Shown in pieces: positions 40,856-51,171 of a DNA stretch of 64,000 bases. Position 1 is the first letter of the stretch; the number at the start of each line of letters is the position of its first letter. Where the stretch lies: NCBI GenBank assembly GCA_965267575.1, contig OZ254086.1, forward strand, positions 2,336,001 through 2,400,000, read 5' to 3'. This DNA comes from Calditrichales bacterium (GTDB lineage: Bacteria; Calditrichota; Calditrichia; Calditrichales; J004). The notes under the pieces were generated by a model. That model was not told the origin of the DNA. It was given only the letters and a program-made list of their open reading frames with translations, and made no database searches. Position numbers and translations under genes: made by a program.

Positions 40856-43618
40856 ATGTCTTCTTCGCGCAGTAATAATCTTCAAATAGACGATCGTTTA
40901 CGTGCCAACATCCGCGAGTTGGGCTATATGCTCGGCGAGGTGCTGGTGGAGCAGGAGGGTGAGGCGCTGTTCCAGGTGGTGGAAGAGTTGCGCGGCCTGA
41001 CCAAGGAGTGGCGCGCCGGAAGCCACGCCGATACACGCGGACCGATCAAGGAGATCGTTGCCGGGTTAAGCCCGGAACAAGCCTATAATGTCATCAAAGC
41101 TTTTTCCATTTACTTTATACTTGTTAATGCAGCCGATGAGGTGCACGGTATTGTGCAGCGCAAGAAGCAAAGCGGAAAGGGGCACGGCGAAGGTGACTTT
41201 TACCGTGAGACAATCGCCGAAATAAAAAAATTGAAGCTTTCACCCGGGGTAATGGAGCGCATGCTGCAGAGCATAGAGATTACGCCGGTATTTACCGCCC
41301 ATCCCACGGAAGCCACGCGCCAGACAATCCTGCGTAAAATCCTGAATATCAGTACGCTGCTGCTGGAACGGGAGCTTGCTTTCCAGGCGCCGCGCCAGCA
41401 GGAGACACAGCGCCGGCGCATCAAGGCCGAGATCACCCTGCTGTGGCAATCCAACGAGATCCGCTTTCACAAGGTGACGGTGGAAGATGAGATTATGCGC
41501 GGATTGTTCTTTTTTAAAAATGTGCTGTACCATGTTTTGCCGCGCTTTTATGACAGCCTGGAATACCTTTTTGAATCGGAACTGGACTACCGCAAGCCGC
41601 TGCCCCGTCTGCTGGGTTTTGGCTCGTGGATTGGCGGGGACCGCGACGGCCACCCGTTTGTAACCGAAGAGCTGACCCGTAAGACGTTGTCCATCCAGCA
41701 GCGCGAAATTATTCAGCTTTACCTGCAGGAGCTCAATGCCATTTACAACGATCTAAGCCAGTCTACACTGATCCGTGAGGCCGATGAGGCGTTGCTGAAA
41801 TCGATCCGCAAAGAGCAGAAAGAGTTGCAGGTGGCGTCTACGGATAATGAGCTGCGCGAAGCCACCGAAGTTTATCGTGCCAAGCTGTATCTGATCCATA
41901 AAAAGCTGGAGAATGTGTTGAATGGCGGGCAGCCGAGGTATGAATCGGCCAAAGGCTTTATGCAGGACCTGCGGCTTATGTACGACAGCCTGGTTCACAA
42001 CAAGGCCGAATTGATCGCTCGCCAGGTGCTTCAGCCTTTGATGCAGAAAGTGAGTACCTTTGGTTTTCATATGGCCAAACTGGACATTCGCCAGAACGCC
42101 TCTTATTTGCGCAGCGCCGTGGCCGAGATTTATGATGCTCTTGATCTTGAAGCGCGCTATGAGACGCTTGATGAAAAGCAACGCGTGGCCTGGCTAACCA
42201 GGGAGATCAATAATCCGCGGCCTTTGACAAACAGTTTCAGCCAGCTCTCTGACGAGACGCGCACGATCCTGAACGAGGTGGCATTGATCCGCTGGGCAAG
42301 GGACAATATTTCCGATAATGCCGCGGGCGACTACATCATCAGCAACAGTGCCCACGCTTCGGATGTGCTGCATGCCCTGCTGCTGGCAAAAGAGTCCGGA
42401 CTGGTTAAGGTGAAACACAACCACATCAGCGCCTCCCGCGTGGACATCCTGCCACTGTTTGAAACCATTGACGACCTGCGCCGCTGCATTGACGTGATGG
42501 AACAGCTTTACGCCAACAACGCCTACAAACATCACCTGAAGCAGCGTGGCCAGCTGCAGAAAATTATGCTGGGTTATTCGGACAGCAACAAGGACGGCGG
42601 GATAATTACTTCCAATTTTGAATTGTACCAGGCGCAAATACGATTGAATGCTTCGGCGCGCGAACGCCATATCGAGCTTGTGCTGTTTCACGGCCGGGGC
42701 GGCAGTATTTCGCGCGGCGGCGGTCCCGTTCAGCGCTCGATCCTGGCGCAGCCGCCGGGTACCATCCGCGGAAAGATCAAGATCACCGAACAGGGTGAAA
42801 TGATATCTTCCAAATACCTGCTGCACGATAACGCCCTGCACAGCCTGGAAACGATCACTTCCGCGGTGCTGCTTAAAACAGCCCGCAGCAGTGTATTGAA
42901 CGACGACGCGCAGATGGGCGAAAATATGGAGCGCTTTTCCACGCTCTCACAACTCGCGTTTGAGCATTACCGCCGGCTGGTTCAGCATGAGCATTTCATC
43001 CGCTATTTCCGCAGCGCCACCCCCATAGATATTATTGAAAAGATTGAGATCGGCTCGCGGCCTCCTTCACGAAAAAAACAGGGTGACATTTCATCCCTGC
43101 GTGCGATACCCTGGGTTTTTTCCTGGACGCAAAACCGCCAGACTATTTCCGGCTGGTACGGTTTCGGCACGGCCATAAAGCAAGCCATTGAAAAGAAGGA
43201 GCTTTCGCTGAAGCAGCTGCAACAGATGTATGAACAGTGGCCCTTTTTCAGAACCCTCCTGCAAAATATTGAGATGGTTCTTTTTAAGACCGATATGGAT
43301 ATCGCGCAGGAATATGTGTCGCTGAGCGGGGAAGAAGGGGCACGGGAAATTTTTGCGCTAATCCGTGAAGAATATGAGCGGTCAGTGCGCAGCCTGCTGG
43401 ACATAACCGGCGAAAAGAGCCTGCTGGATACAAACATTCCCTTGAAACAAACGCTATCGCTGCGTGAGCCATACCTGGATCCGATCCATTTTATCCAGGT
43501 GGAGCTTATACGCCGTTACCGTGATGACAATTTGCCCGCATCGGGCAAACAGAAGCTGCTTAATGTTTTGCGCTCCAGTGTGAACGGCATTGCCGCCGGT
43601 ATCCGCAACACGGGGTGA
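40856..43618 (+). CDS. ppc: phosphoenolpyruvate carboxylase
   Basis: VFTAHPTE, SWIGGDRDGHP, MLGYSDSNKDGG, FHGRGGSISRGG, LRAIPW, GIRNTG. Confidence 0.97.
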   Translation: MSSSRSNNLQIDDRLRANIRELGYMLGEVLVEQEGEALFQVVEELRGLTKEWRAGSHADTRGPIKEIVAGLSPEQAYNVIKAFSIYFILVNAADEVHGIVQRKKQSGKGHGEGDFYRETIAEIKKLKLSPGVMERMLQSIEITPVFTAHPTEATRQTILRKILNISTLLLERELAFQAPRQQETQRRRIKAEITLLWQSNEIRFHKVTVEDEIMRGLFFFKNVLYHVLPRFYDSLEYLFESELDYRKPLPRLLGFGSWIGGDRDGHPFVTEELTRKTLSIQQREIIQLYLQELNAIYNDLSQSTLIREADEALLKSIRKEQKELQVASTDNELREATEVYRAKLYLIHKKLENVLNGGQPRYESAKGFMQDLRLMYDSLVHNKAELIARQVLQPLMQKVSTFGFHMAKLDIRQNASYLRSAVAEIYDALDLEARYETLDEKQRVAWLTREINNPRPLTNSFSQLSDETRTILNEVALIRWARDNISDNAAGDYIISNSAHASDVLHALLLAKESGLVKVKHNHISASRVDILPLFETIDDLRRCIDVMEQLYANNAYKHHLKQRGQLQKIMLGYSDSNKDGGIITSNFELYQAQIRLNASARERHIELVLFHGRGGSISRGGGPVQRSILAQPPGTIRGKIKITEQGEMISSKYLLHDNALHSLETITSAVLLKTARSSVLNDDAQMGENMERFSTLSQLAFEHYRRLVQHEHFIRYFRSATPIDIIEKIEIGSRPPSRKKQGDISSLRAIPWVFSWTQNRQTISGWYGFGTAIKQAIEKKELSLKQLQQMYEQWPFFRTLLQNIEMVLFKTDMDIAQEYVSLSGEEGAREIFALIREEYERSVRSLLDITGEKSLLDTNIPLKQTLSLREPYLDPIHFIQVELIRRYRDDNLPASGKQKLLNVLRSSVNGIAAGIRNTG

Positions 43619-43708
43619 AGAGTGTGCCAGGGTGGTTGTGTGTTCAGGTAAAACGAGCCTTTAGCAATGCCTCTTTCCCTTTCCCGGAAGGGTTCGGGTT
43701 GGGGTTCT

Positions 43709-45301
43709 TTAACTTACAACACCCTCAATCTCCGTATCCTCATAAAACTGTTGCAGGCGATCTAATTCCTTGTGCAGGCGTTGGCGCACTTCCACGTACA
43801 TGGGATGGTCGTAGACGTTGCGCAGTTCCTGTGGATCAATCTGTAGATCGTACAATTCCCAGTGGTCGATATCATGGTAAAAATGGATCAGCTTGTAGCG
43901 CTCGGTGCGGATGCCGTAGTGCCGCTTTACGTCGTGCCAGCCGTGGGGGTACTCGTAATAGTGGTAGTAAACCCCATCGCGCCATTGGCCTTTGTTTTGT
44001 GTAAACAGCCCGCGCAGGGAGGCTCCCTGCATGTCGTCGGGAATGTGGCTGCCGGCCAGGTCCAGCAACGTCGGCGCAAAGTCCAGGTTCATCACCATGC
44101 GCTTTTCGATCTGTCCCGCTTTGATCATGCCCGGATAACGCATTACCAACGGCATGCTCAGTGATTCCTCATACATAAAGCGCTTATCATACCAGCCGTG
44201 CTCGCCCAGGTAAAAGCCCTGGTCGGAGGTGTAGACAACGATCGTGTTTTGCGCCAGGCTTTTTTCGTCCAGCCAATCCAGTACCTGTCCCACACCTTCA
44301 TCCACGGCCAGCACACAGCGCAGGTAATCCTTGATGTACTGCTGGTATTTCCACTCGGTCAGGTCTTTCCCTTGCCGTTTGGCTTGTTTGAATTCCTCAT
44401 TGCGTTTTTGGTAATGGGCGTCCCAGGCTGCGCGCTGTTCCGGCGTCAGGCGTTCATAGGTGTCTTTCCAGGTCTGTTCAATATTTTTTGCGAATTCTTT
44501 ATTGCCACCGCTGCCTGTTTCTTTTTCATAGCTGTCCGGTTGCAGTTTCAGGTCAAAGGAGAGGTACATATCCTCGATGAGCATGTCGGCGGCTTCCGCG
44601 GCAGGACGACCAGAATAATCATCGTGCAGGGTAAGCGGCAGCGGCAGGTCGTCCGGGAACGCATCCAGGTGGCGCGGCGCCGGCATCCAGTTGCGGTGTG
44701 GCGCCTTGTGATGCAGCAGCAGGCAAAACGGGCGATTCTGCTGACGGCCGTTTAACCACGCCAGCGCCCTCTCGGTGATCAGGTCTGTCGTGTAGCCCGT
44801 AAGCTTTTCTTCCTGCCCGTTTTTGTCAAAAAGCGGGTTGTAATATTGTCCCTGGCCCTTCAGAATGTCATAATGGTTAAATCCGGTCGGTGTGGATTTC
44901 AGGTGCCATTTGCCCACAATCGCCGTTTCATAGCCCGATTGTTGCAGCAGCTTGGGGAACGTCACCTGGTTGCCGTCAAACTCGTCACGATTATCGCGCA
45001 GCCCGTTTTTGTGGCTGTACTTCCCGGTCAGCATGGTGGCGCGGCTTGGCGCGCAGATGGAGTTGGTAACAAAGCTATTCACGAAACGCACGCCCTCTTT
45101 GGCAATGCGATCAATGTGCGGCGTTTTGATCATTTTGCTGCCGTAACAGCTCAGCGCCTGCTCGGCATGGTCATCGCTCATGATGAAGACGATGTTGGGC
45201 GGCGGCTCTCCGGGTTTGCACAACGTAAGCAACTGCGGCAGAGACAAAGCTGCCGCACCATAGCCCATGGTTTTGATAAATTCACGGCGTGTTCTGGACA
45301 T
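43709..45301 (-). CDS. Tat-exported formylglycine-dependent sulfatase
   Basis: TRREFIK Tat motif, SDDH, CAPSRA, GKWH, HKAPH, SDQG; ATG after CAGGAGG. Confidence 0.93.
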   Translation of the reverse strand: MSRTRREFIKTMGYGAAALSLPQLLTLCKPGEPPPNIVFIMSDDHAEQALSCYGSKMIKTPHIDRIAKEGVRFVNSFVTNSICAPSRATMLTGKYSHKNGLRDNRDEFDGNQVTFPKLLQQSGYETAIVGKWHLKSTPTGFNHYDILKGQGQYYNPLFDKNGQEEKLTGYTTDLITERALAWLNGRQQNRPFCLLLHHKAPHRNWMPAPRHLDAFPDDLPLPLTLHDDYSGRPAAEAADMLIEDMYLSFDLKLQPDSYEKETGSGGNKEFAKNIEQTWKDTYERLTPEQRAAWDAHYQKRNEEFKQAKRQGKDLTEWKYQQYIKDYLRCVLAVDEGVGQVLDWLDEKSLAQNTIVVYTSDQGFYLGEHGWYDKRFMYEESLSMPLVMRYPGMIKAGQIEKRMVMNLDFAPTLLDLAGSHIPDDMQGASLRGLFTQNKGQWRDGVYYHYYEYPHGWHDVKRHYGIRTERYKLIHFYHDIDHWELYDLQIDPQELRNVYDHPMYVEVRQRLHKELDRLQQFYEDTEIEGVVS

Positions 45302-45430
45302 AATGGCCTCCTGTGGGATGAAACAATCTCCACAGCGCAAACCAAAAATTCAACCAAAAATGCGGATCAAAAGAGGGGCTGTAAACCGGGCCGGGGAGAA
45401 CACGGGACCTAAAAAATAATCACTTGAAAC

Positions 45431-45775
45431 TCATTTTTCCTGTGTATGCTGTTGCCTGTAATCCGCGCCCCATTGGCGCAGGCTTTCTATGATCGGGATG
45501 ACCGTTTGACCTTGCTCGGTGAGCGAATACTCCACCTTGGGCGGCACCACCTGGTACACCTCGCGGTGGACCAGCCCGTCGGCTTCCAGCTCGCGCAGCT
45601 GCTCGGTCAGCATTTTGTGGGTGATTTTTCCCAGGCTGCGGCGCAATTCACCGTAACGCATGGTGTTCGCGGCCAGCCGCCAGATAATTGGCATTTTCCA
45701 CTTGCCGCCGATGATGTCCAGGGCCAGTTCAACCGGGTTGTTATAGGTCTTGTCGCGAAAGCTAAAAGCGGGCAT
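45431..45775 (-). CDS. HxlR/DUF24 family transcriptional regulator
   Basis: IGGKWK, LRELEADG, VPPKVEYSLT. Confidence 0.93.
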   Translation of the reverse strand: MPAFSFRDKTYNNPVELALDIIGGKWKMPIIWRLAANTMRYGELRRSLGKITHKMLTEQLRELEADGLVHREVYQVVPPKVEYSLTEQGQTVIPIIESLRQWGADYRQQHTQEK

Positions 45776-45789
45776 GTTGCAATCTCCAA

Positions 45790-45856
45790 ACTTACTTTAA
45801 GGTGTGTATCATACTTTAAAGTACATACTTGACGAATTGATTGTATAAACTATATT
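45790..45856. promoter_or_regulatory. divergent promoter region with putative HxlR-family operator
   Basis: Palindrome TACTTTAAAGTA (45812-45823), related TACTTTAAGGTG upstream; TTGACG-N16-TATATT (45829-45856). Confidence 0.55.
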
Positions 45857-45887
45857 TATGGCGCAACAAAAACAACAGGAGATTTTT

Positions 45888-46634
45888 ATGAGCGCCAATA
45901 TCAACATCAGCAACCCGGATAAACCCAGGCGTATCGCTATGATCGCAGCGAATCCCACGGTTTCCAAGCAAACCGGCTGGCCCATTGGCTTCTGGTGGGC
46001 AGAGCTGACTCACCCCTGGTGGGCCTTTAGCGAGGCCGGCTACAAAGTGGATATTTTCAGCCCTGATGGCGGCAAACTGGAAGCGGACGGCTTCAGCGAT
46101 CCTGAGCATGAGAGCGGTTATTCGGCGCATGACATCCTTTCGCTTGGCTTTAAAAAGTCGGCCGAACACAGCAAGCTGGTCGAAAACAGCAAACCGATCT
46201 CACAGATCAGACTGGCTGATTACGACGGTATTTTTCTATGCGGCGGACAGTCACCCATGTACACATTTATCGAGAACGCGCCGCTGCATAAACTGGTGGT
46301 GGATTTTTATGAGGCCGGCAAGATCGTTGGAATTGTTTGTCACGCCACCTGCGTTTTGCTTAAAGCCAAAACCAAAGAAGGCAACTTGCTGGTAAATGAA
46401 AAAACCTGGACCGGCTTCGCGGATGCCGAAGAGCAATACGCCGACCAGTACGTGGGACAAAAAATACAACCGTTCTGGATTGAGAGTGAAGCGCGCAAGC
46501 TGCCGGACACCACGTTTATTACCGGCGGCATTTTCCGGCCCTTTGCCATCCGTGACGGCAACCTGGTGACGGGGCAGCAGCAATTCTCCGGCGCCGAAGC
46601 GGCTAAACTGATGATTGAGGCCTTGGGGCGGTAA
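45888..46634 (+). CDS. DJ-1/PfpI (Hsp31/glyoxalase III-like) protein
   Basis: GFWWAELTHP, SPDGG, GGQSP, VCHA nucleophile, DGNLVTGQ; ATG after AGGAG. Confidence 0.88.
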   Translation: MSANINISNPDKPRRIAMIAANPTVSKQTGWPIGFWWAELTHPWWAFSEAGYKVDIFSPDGGKLEADGFSDPEHESGYSAHDILSLGFKKSAEHSKLVENSKPISQIRLADYDGIFLCGGQSPMYTFIENAPLHKLVVDFYEAGKIVGIVCHATCVLLKAKTKEGNLLVNEKTWTGFADAEEQYADQYVGQKIQPFWIESEARKLPDTTFITGGIFRPFAIRDGNLVTGQQQFSGAEAAKLMIEALGR

Positions 46635-46641
46635 GAAAGAA

Positions 46642-46773
46642 AACCACAGGGGGCACAGAGAAGTTTTCACAGAGGCCACGGAGAGATGAAATCCTAAATA
46701 TTTTGAATTTGTTTAGTCCTAAAATAAATATTCCTCGGTGTTCTCTGTGTTGAACTCTGTGACCTCTGTGGTT
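46642..46773. repeat. imperfect inverted repeat of CACAGAG-based units (gene-less cassette/MITE-like)
   Basis: AACCACAGGGGGCACAGAG..CACAGAGGCCACGGAG, AT-rich core, CTCGGTGTTCTCTGTG..CTCTGTGACCTCTGTGGTT. Confidence 0.78.
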
Positions 46774-46789
46774 AAAAAAAGGAGCATGT

Positions 46790-47392
46790 ATGAAAATAGC
46801 AGTAATTGGTGCAGGCAATATCGGCGGAACGCTGGGGGTGAAGTGGGCCGAAGCCGGACACGACGTCTGTTTTGGCGTACGCCGCGAAAGCGACCATTTA
46901 AAGCAACGACTGGATGAAAGCGGTGGCAAAGCACGCGCGGCATCTGTTGAAGAGAGTATTGCCGGCCATGACATCATTTTGCTGGCACTGCCCGGCAAAG
47001 CGATGCCCGAGTTTGTGCAGCAGCATGGCGCAAAGTTATCGGGCAAAACGGTCATTGACGCCGGCAACCGCATGGATCAACGGCAAAAACACAGCATACC
47101 CGCGATACGATCGGCAGCTTCTTCCGCCGATATTTACCGCGCCTTTAACAACCTGGGCTGGGAGGTATTTGCCAATCCCAAATTTGGCGGCGAGGCGGCC
47201 ACAGGCTTTTTTTGCGGCTCGGAGAACAACGCCAAAATCGCCGCCCTAATTGCTGATATTGGCCTGGAACCGCTCTACCTGGGAGACCACGGCAAGCTGG
47301 AACTGATGGACAGCCTGACCGCCCTGTGGTTCACCCTGGCTTATGAGCAAAAGGGAGGCCGCCATCTGGCCCTGAAAATTCTGCGTGATTAA
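46790..47392 (+). CDS. NADPH-dependent F420 reductase-like (dinucleotide-binding) oxidoreductase
   Basis: IAVIGAGNIGG, VIDAGN, RAFN. Confidence 0.85.
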   Translation: MKIAVIGAGNIGGTLGVKWAEAGHDVCFGVRRESDHLKQRLDESGGKARAASVEESIAGHDIILLALPGKAMPEFVQQHGAKLSGKTVIDAGNRMDQRQKHSIPAIRSAASSADIYRAFNNLGWEVFANPKFGGEAATGFFCGSENNAKIAALIADIGLEPLYLGDHGKLELMDSLTALWFTLAYEQKGGRHLALKILRD

Positions 47393-47463
47393 CACCGGAT
47401 TATTTTCTTGCCTTTTGATGTTGATTGTGCCGATACTTGCGCAACTAAAACAAAAGGCCCGGT

Positions 47464-48066
47464 ATGACTAAAATACTCATCCTTTTTGCCCACCCGGCAT
47501 TTCAGAAGTCACGCGTAAACCGCCACCTGGTTGAAGGGTTGCGGGAGATGGAAGGGGTTACCTTTCACGACCTGTATGAAGCCTATCCCGAATTCGATAT
47601 CGACGTGCAGCATGAACAGGAACTTTTGCTGCAGCATCACTGCATCGTTTTTCAGCACCCCATGTTCTGGTACAGCACGCCGGCCATCATGAAGGAATGG
47701 CAGGACCTGGTGCTGGAGCACGGCTGGGCCTATGGCAGCAGCGGCACCATGCTGGAAAACAAAATCTTTTTCAACGCTATCACCACGGGCGGGCCGCAAC
47801 AGGCTTACCGTACCAAGGGCTACAACCGCCACACCATCCATGAATTGCTGGCACCTATCCGCCAGACGGCGCAATTGTGCAACATGATTTACCTGCCGCC
47901 TTATGCCGTCCACGGCACGCACGCCATTGAGCCCGATGAAATCATATTGCATAAAAACGGCTACCGTGATTTGCTGCAGGAGATCATTAACGACCGTTTT
48001 GACATGGAGCGCGCGCTGAAACTGGAATACCTGAACGATTACACCCCGGAGGCCAGCCATGCATGA
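47464..48066 (+). CDS. kefG: KefF/KefG-type flavodoxin-like ancillary NAD(P)H oxidoreductase
   Basis: FAHP..SRVN, DLYEAYP, QHPMFWYSTP, WQDLVLEHGWAYG. Confidence 0.85.
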   Translation: MTKILILFAHPAFQKSRVNRHLVEGLREMEGVTFHDLYEAYPEFDIDVQHEQELLLQHHCIVFQHPMFWYSTPAIMKEWQDLVLEHGWAYGSSGTMLENKIFFNAITTGGPQQAYRTKGYNRHTIHELLAPIRQTAQLCNMIYLPPYAVHGTHAIEPDEIILHKNGYRDLLQEIINDRFDMERALKLEYLNDYTPEASHA

Positions 48067-49975
48067 GGGAGGATTTTTCTACCAGGCGTTTGTTTACCTC
48101 AGCGCGGCCGTCATCTCCGTGCCCGTAGCTAAAAAACTGGGGTTGGGTTCGGTACTCGGTTACTTGCTGGCAGGTATCATTATCGGGCCCTTTGTGCTGG
48201 GCCTGATCGGCGAAGAGGGCCAGGACGTTATGCACTTCGCCGAGTTTGGCGTGGTGATGATGCTTTTTTTGATCGGCCTGGAACTGCAGCCGGCCCTGCT
48301 CTGGAAGTTGCGCGCCCCGATTCTGGGTCTGGGCGGTGTGCAGGTTCTGGCAACAACCGCCATCATCATGGCGGCCACGCTGGCGCTTAGCAATCTGCCC
48401 TGGCAAACGTCGCTGGCACTGGGTCTTACGCTTGCATTGTCGTCCACGGCGATCGTGCTGCAAACACTTAATGAAAAAGGATTGCTTAAAAGCGAAGGCG
48501 GCCAAAACGCCTTTTCCGTGCTGCTTTTCCAGGATATCGCGGTGATTCCGATACTGGCGATTTTACCTTTGCTGGCCGTAGCCGGCATAGAAACGGGCGG
48601 CGGCCATGAAAGCCATACCTGGGTGGACGGCCTGCCCATCTGGTTGCGAACCGGCGTGGTTTTTGGCGTAGTGGCGGCCATTATCCTGGCAGGACGCTAT
48701 CTTATTGGTCCCGCCTTCCGCCTGATCGCCGAAACGCGTCTGCGGGAACTGTTCACCGCCGCGGCGCTGCTGCTGGTGATTGGCATCGCGCTGCTTATGA
48801 CGCAGGTGGGGCTGAGTCCGGCGCTGGGTACTTTCCTGGCCGGTGTGGTTCTGGCCCAAAGCGAGTACCGCCACGAGCTGGAAACAGACATCGAACCGTT
48901 TAAGGGATTGCTGCTGGGATTGTTCTTTATTGCCGTCGGCGCTTCCATCGATTTTCACCTGATCGCCGCCGAGCCGGGTTTGATTGCCATGCTTGTGGTG
49001 GCCCTGATTGTGATCAAGTTTATCGTGCTTATCGTGATTGGCCGCGTTTTCGGCATGGGGCTGGACAGCAACCTAATGTTTGCCTTTGCCCTGGCCCAGG
49101 GCGGGGAATTCGCCTTTGTGCTTTTTTCATTTGCATTGCAAAACGGCGTAATGACCGGCGCGACGGCCAACCCGCTGATCGCCGCCGTCGCCATGACCAT
49201 GGCGCTGACGCCGCTGTTAATGCTGCTGAACGAAAAGCTGATCCAACCTCGTTTTGGCACCAAAGAAAAAGAAGAGCGCGAAGCCGACGCCATCGATGAG
49301 CAGCACCCGGTGATTATTGCAGGTTTTGGCCGCTTTGGCAGCACCATCGGTCGCTTCCTGCAGGCCAACGGTGTGCAATCCACCTACCTGGATGTGGACC
49401 CCAATAACGTGGACCTGCTGCGTAAAATGGGTCTGAAAGTTTTTTACGGTGACGCCTCACGTCACGATCTGCTGCATGCCGCCGGCGCTGAAGAAGCCCG
49501 ACTGCTTATCGTTGCCGTAGATAGTCCGGACAAGGCTTTTGAAATCGTGGAAACGGCCAAAAAGCACTTCCCGCATTTAATCATCCTTACACGCACCCAC
49601 AGCTGGAATGACTCCTACGATATGCTGGATGAGGGCATCACCCATGTTTACCGCGAATTCCTGGACAGCGCCCTGCGCATTGCCGCCGACGCCCTGAGCA
49701 TGCTGGGTCATCGCCGCTACCAGGTGCACCGTGCCGTTAAAACATTCCGCAAACATGATGAGCGTTTTTTGCGTGAACTGGCCGAAATGCGCCGCGACGG
49801 TGGCACGTTGGTACATGGCGCGCGCGAACGCATCGCCGACCTGGAACGCCTGATTCAGGACAACCTGCAAAACGTGGGCAAAGACAAAGACCTGGGCTGG
49901 GATGCCACCACCCTGCGCGAGGAATTTGCCCCCATCATCCGCGAGCTGAAGAAGAAGCAAAAGGCGGGGGATTAG
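48059..49975 (+). CDS. kefB: KefB/KefC-type CPA2 potassium efflux antiporter
   Basis: GSVLGYL, LLFQD, YRHELETDIEPFKGLLLGLFF, KTN domain GFGRFG. Confidence 0.9.
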   Translation: MHEGGFFYQAFVYLSAAVISVPVAKKLGLGSVLGYLLAGIIIGPFVLGLIGEEGQDVMHFAEFGVVMMLFLIGLELQPALLWKLRAPILGLGGVQVLATTAIIMAATLALSNLPWQTSLALGLTLALSSTAIVLQTLNEKGLLKSEGGQNAFSVLLFQDIAVIPILAILPLLAVAGIETGGGHESHTWVDGLPIWLRTGVVFGVVAAIILAGRYLIGPAFRLIAETRLRELFTAAALLLVIGIALLMTQVGLSPALGTFLAGVVLAQSEYRHELETDIEPFKGLLLGLFFIAVGASIDFHLIAAEPGLIAMLVVALIVIKFIVLIVIGRVFGMGLDSNLMFAFALAQGGEFAFVLFSFALQNGVMTGATANPLIAAVAMTMALTPLLMLLNEKLIQPRFGTKEKEEREADAIDEQHPVIIAGFGRFGSTIGRFLQANGVQSTYLDVDPNNVDLLRKMGLKVFYGDASRHDLLHAAGAEEARLLIVAVDSPDKAFEIVETAKKHFPHLIILTRTHSWNDSYDMLDEGITHVYREFLDSALRIAADALSMLGHRRYQVHRAVKTFRKHDERFLRELAEMRRDGGTLVHGARERIADLERLIQDNLQNVGKDKDLGWDATTLREEFAPIIRELKKKQKAGD

Positions 49976-51171
49976 TAAAGCCAGAAGGGCCGGCTCTCCT
50001 GCTGCCAGCGTTTTTCATCGGGGTGCAGACGGCCGTCAAAATCGGAGGTTGTGGAGACGGGATCGTCTACCCATTCACGCAGAAAGGTGCTGCCGCTCAA
50101 CAGGTCGATGGCCAGCCGTTCCTTTTCATACTCGTACTCAAATTCCCGCCAGATGGGGTAGTCGGGGTATTCCAGGCGGACGGACTTCAGCATCAGGGCA
50201 ATGGCCCGGTAGGGTTTAAACGCGTTGTGATTGTAATGACGGTTGTCCGTGTGCCACTGCAGGCCGGCGCACAATTTTCCTGCGTGTTTGTTGAAGGTAG
50301 GCTCGAAATAGCAAGGACGAATCATTGCGCCCTCAAGCCACTGTGGCGCCAACGCCTGCATGTTTTTCAGGACTTTAGTGAAATCAATATCCGGCGCGCC
50401 GGCCAGTTCCAGCGCAACCGTCGTGCCACGGCCTTCGGAAAGCGTGGTACCCTCCAGCAGCACCGTTCCCGGGTAGCAGCGCGCCATGTTCAGGCTGCTC
50501 GCATTGGGACTGGGATTGACCCAGCTCAACTTGTGCAGCGGCCAGCCATACCCCGACCCCTCTTGCGGATCGTAACCTTCCATCGCGATAACCTGTAGCT
50601 CCACATCCAGATTTTTGTGCGCTACATACCAACGGGCAATCTCACCCAACGTCAGCCCATGACGCATAAGCAGCGGCGCCGCTCCGACGAAGCTTTCCCA
50701 GCCTTCCTGCAAAATGGTACCTTCCAGCGGGCGCCCTGCAGGATTGGGCCTGTCCAGCACGATGATCGATTTGCCTTTTTCGGCGCAGGCCTCCAGCATA
50801 TAGATCAGCGTGGTCACATAGGTGTAAATGCGCGTGCCGATATCCTGCAGGTCCACCAGGATAACATCAAAGCTGTCCATCATTTCATCGGTGGGCCGGC
50901 GCACCTTACCATACAGGCTGAAAACAGGAATGCCATGCCTCGGATCGTTATAGGTTTCCGATTCCACCATGTTATCCTGCTTATCGCCGCGCATGCCGTG
51001 CTGCGGTCCAAAGGCCGCAGACAAATTAACGCCGTCCAGAGCGCCAAGGGCATCCAGGCTGTGCTGCCCGGTGGATGTTACAGAAGCGGGATGACCCAAA
51101 AGCGCCACCCGGCGGCCATCCAATCCTTTATATAAAGCGGGTTTGTTTATCAGTACGTCTATTCCGGTCAT
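49972..51171 (-). CDS. namZ: DUF1343 exo-beta-N-acetylmuramidase (NamZ-like)
   Basis: FGPQHG, SLYG..RRP, DLQDIGTRIYTY, DRPNP, PSPN, SEGRGT. Confidence 0.85.
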   Translation of the reverse strand: MTGIDVLINKPALYKGLDGRRVALLGHPASVTSTGQHSLDALGALDGVNLSAAFGPQHGMRGDKQDNMVESETYNDPRHGIPVFSLYGKVRRPTDEMMDSFDVILVDLQDIGTRIYTYVTTLIYMLEACAEKGKSIIVLDRPNPAGRPLEGTILQEGWESFVGAAPLLMRHGLTLGEIARWYVAHKNLDVELQVIAMEGYDPQEGSGYGWPLHKLSWVNPSPNASSLNMARCYPGTVLLEGTTLSEGRGTTVALELAGAPDIDFTKVLKNMQALAPQWLEGAMIRPCYFEPTFNKHAGKLCAGLQWHTDNRHYNHNAFKPYRAIALMLKSVRLEYPDYPIWREFEYEYEKERLAIDLLSGSTFLREWVDDPVSTTSDFDGRLHPDEKRWQQESRPFWLY

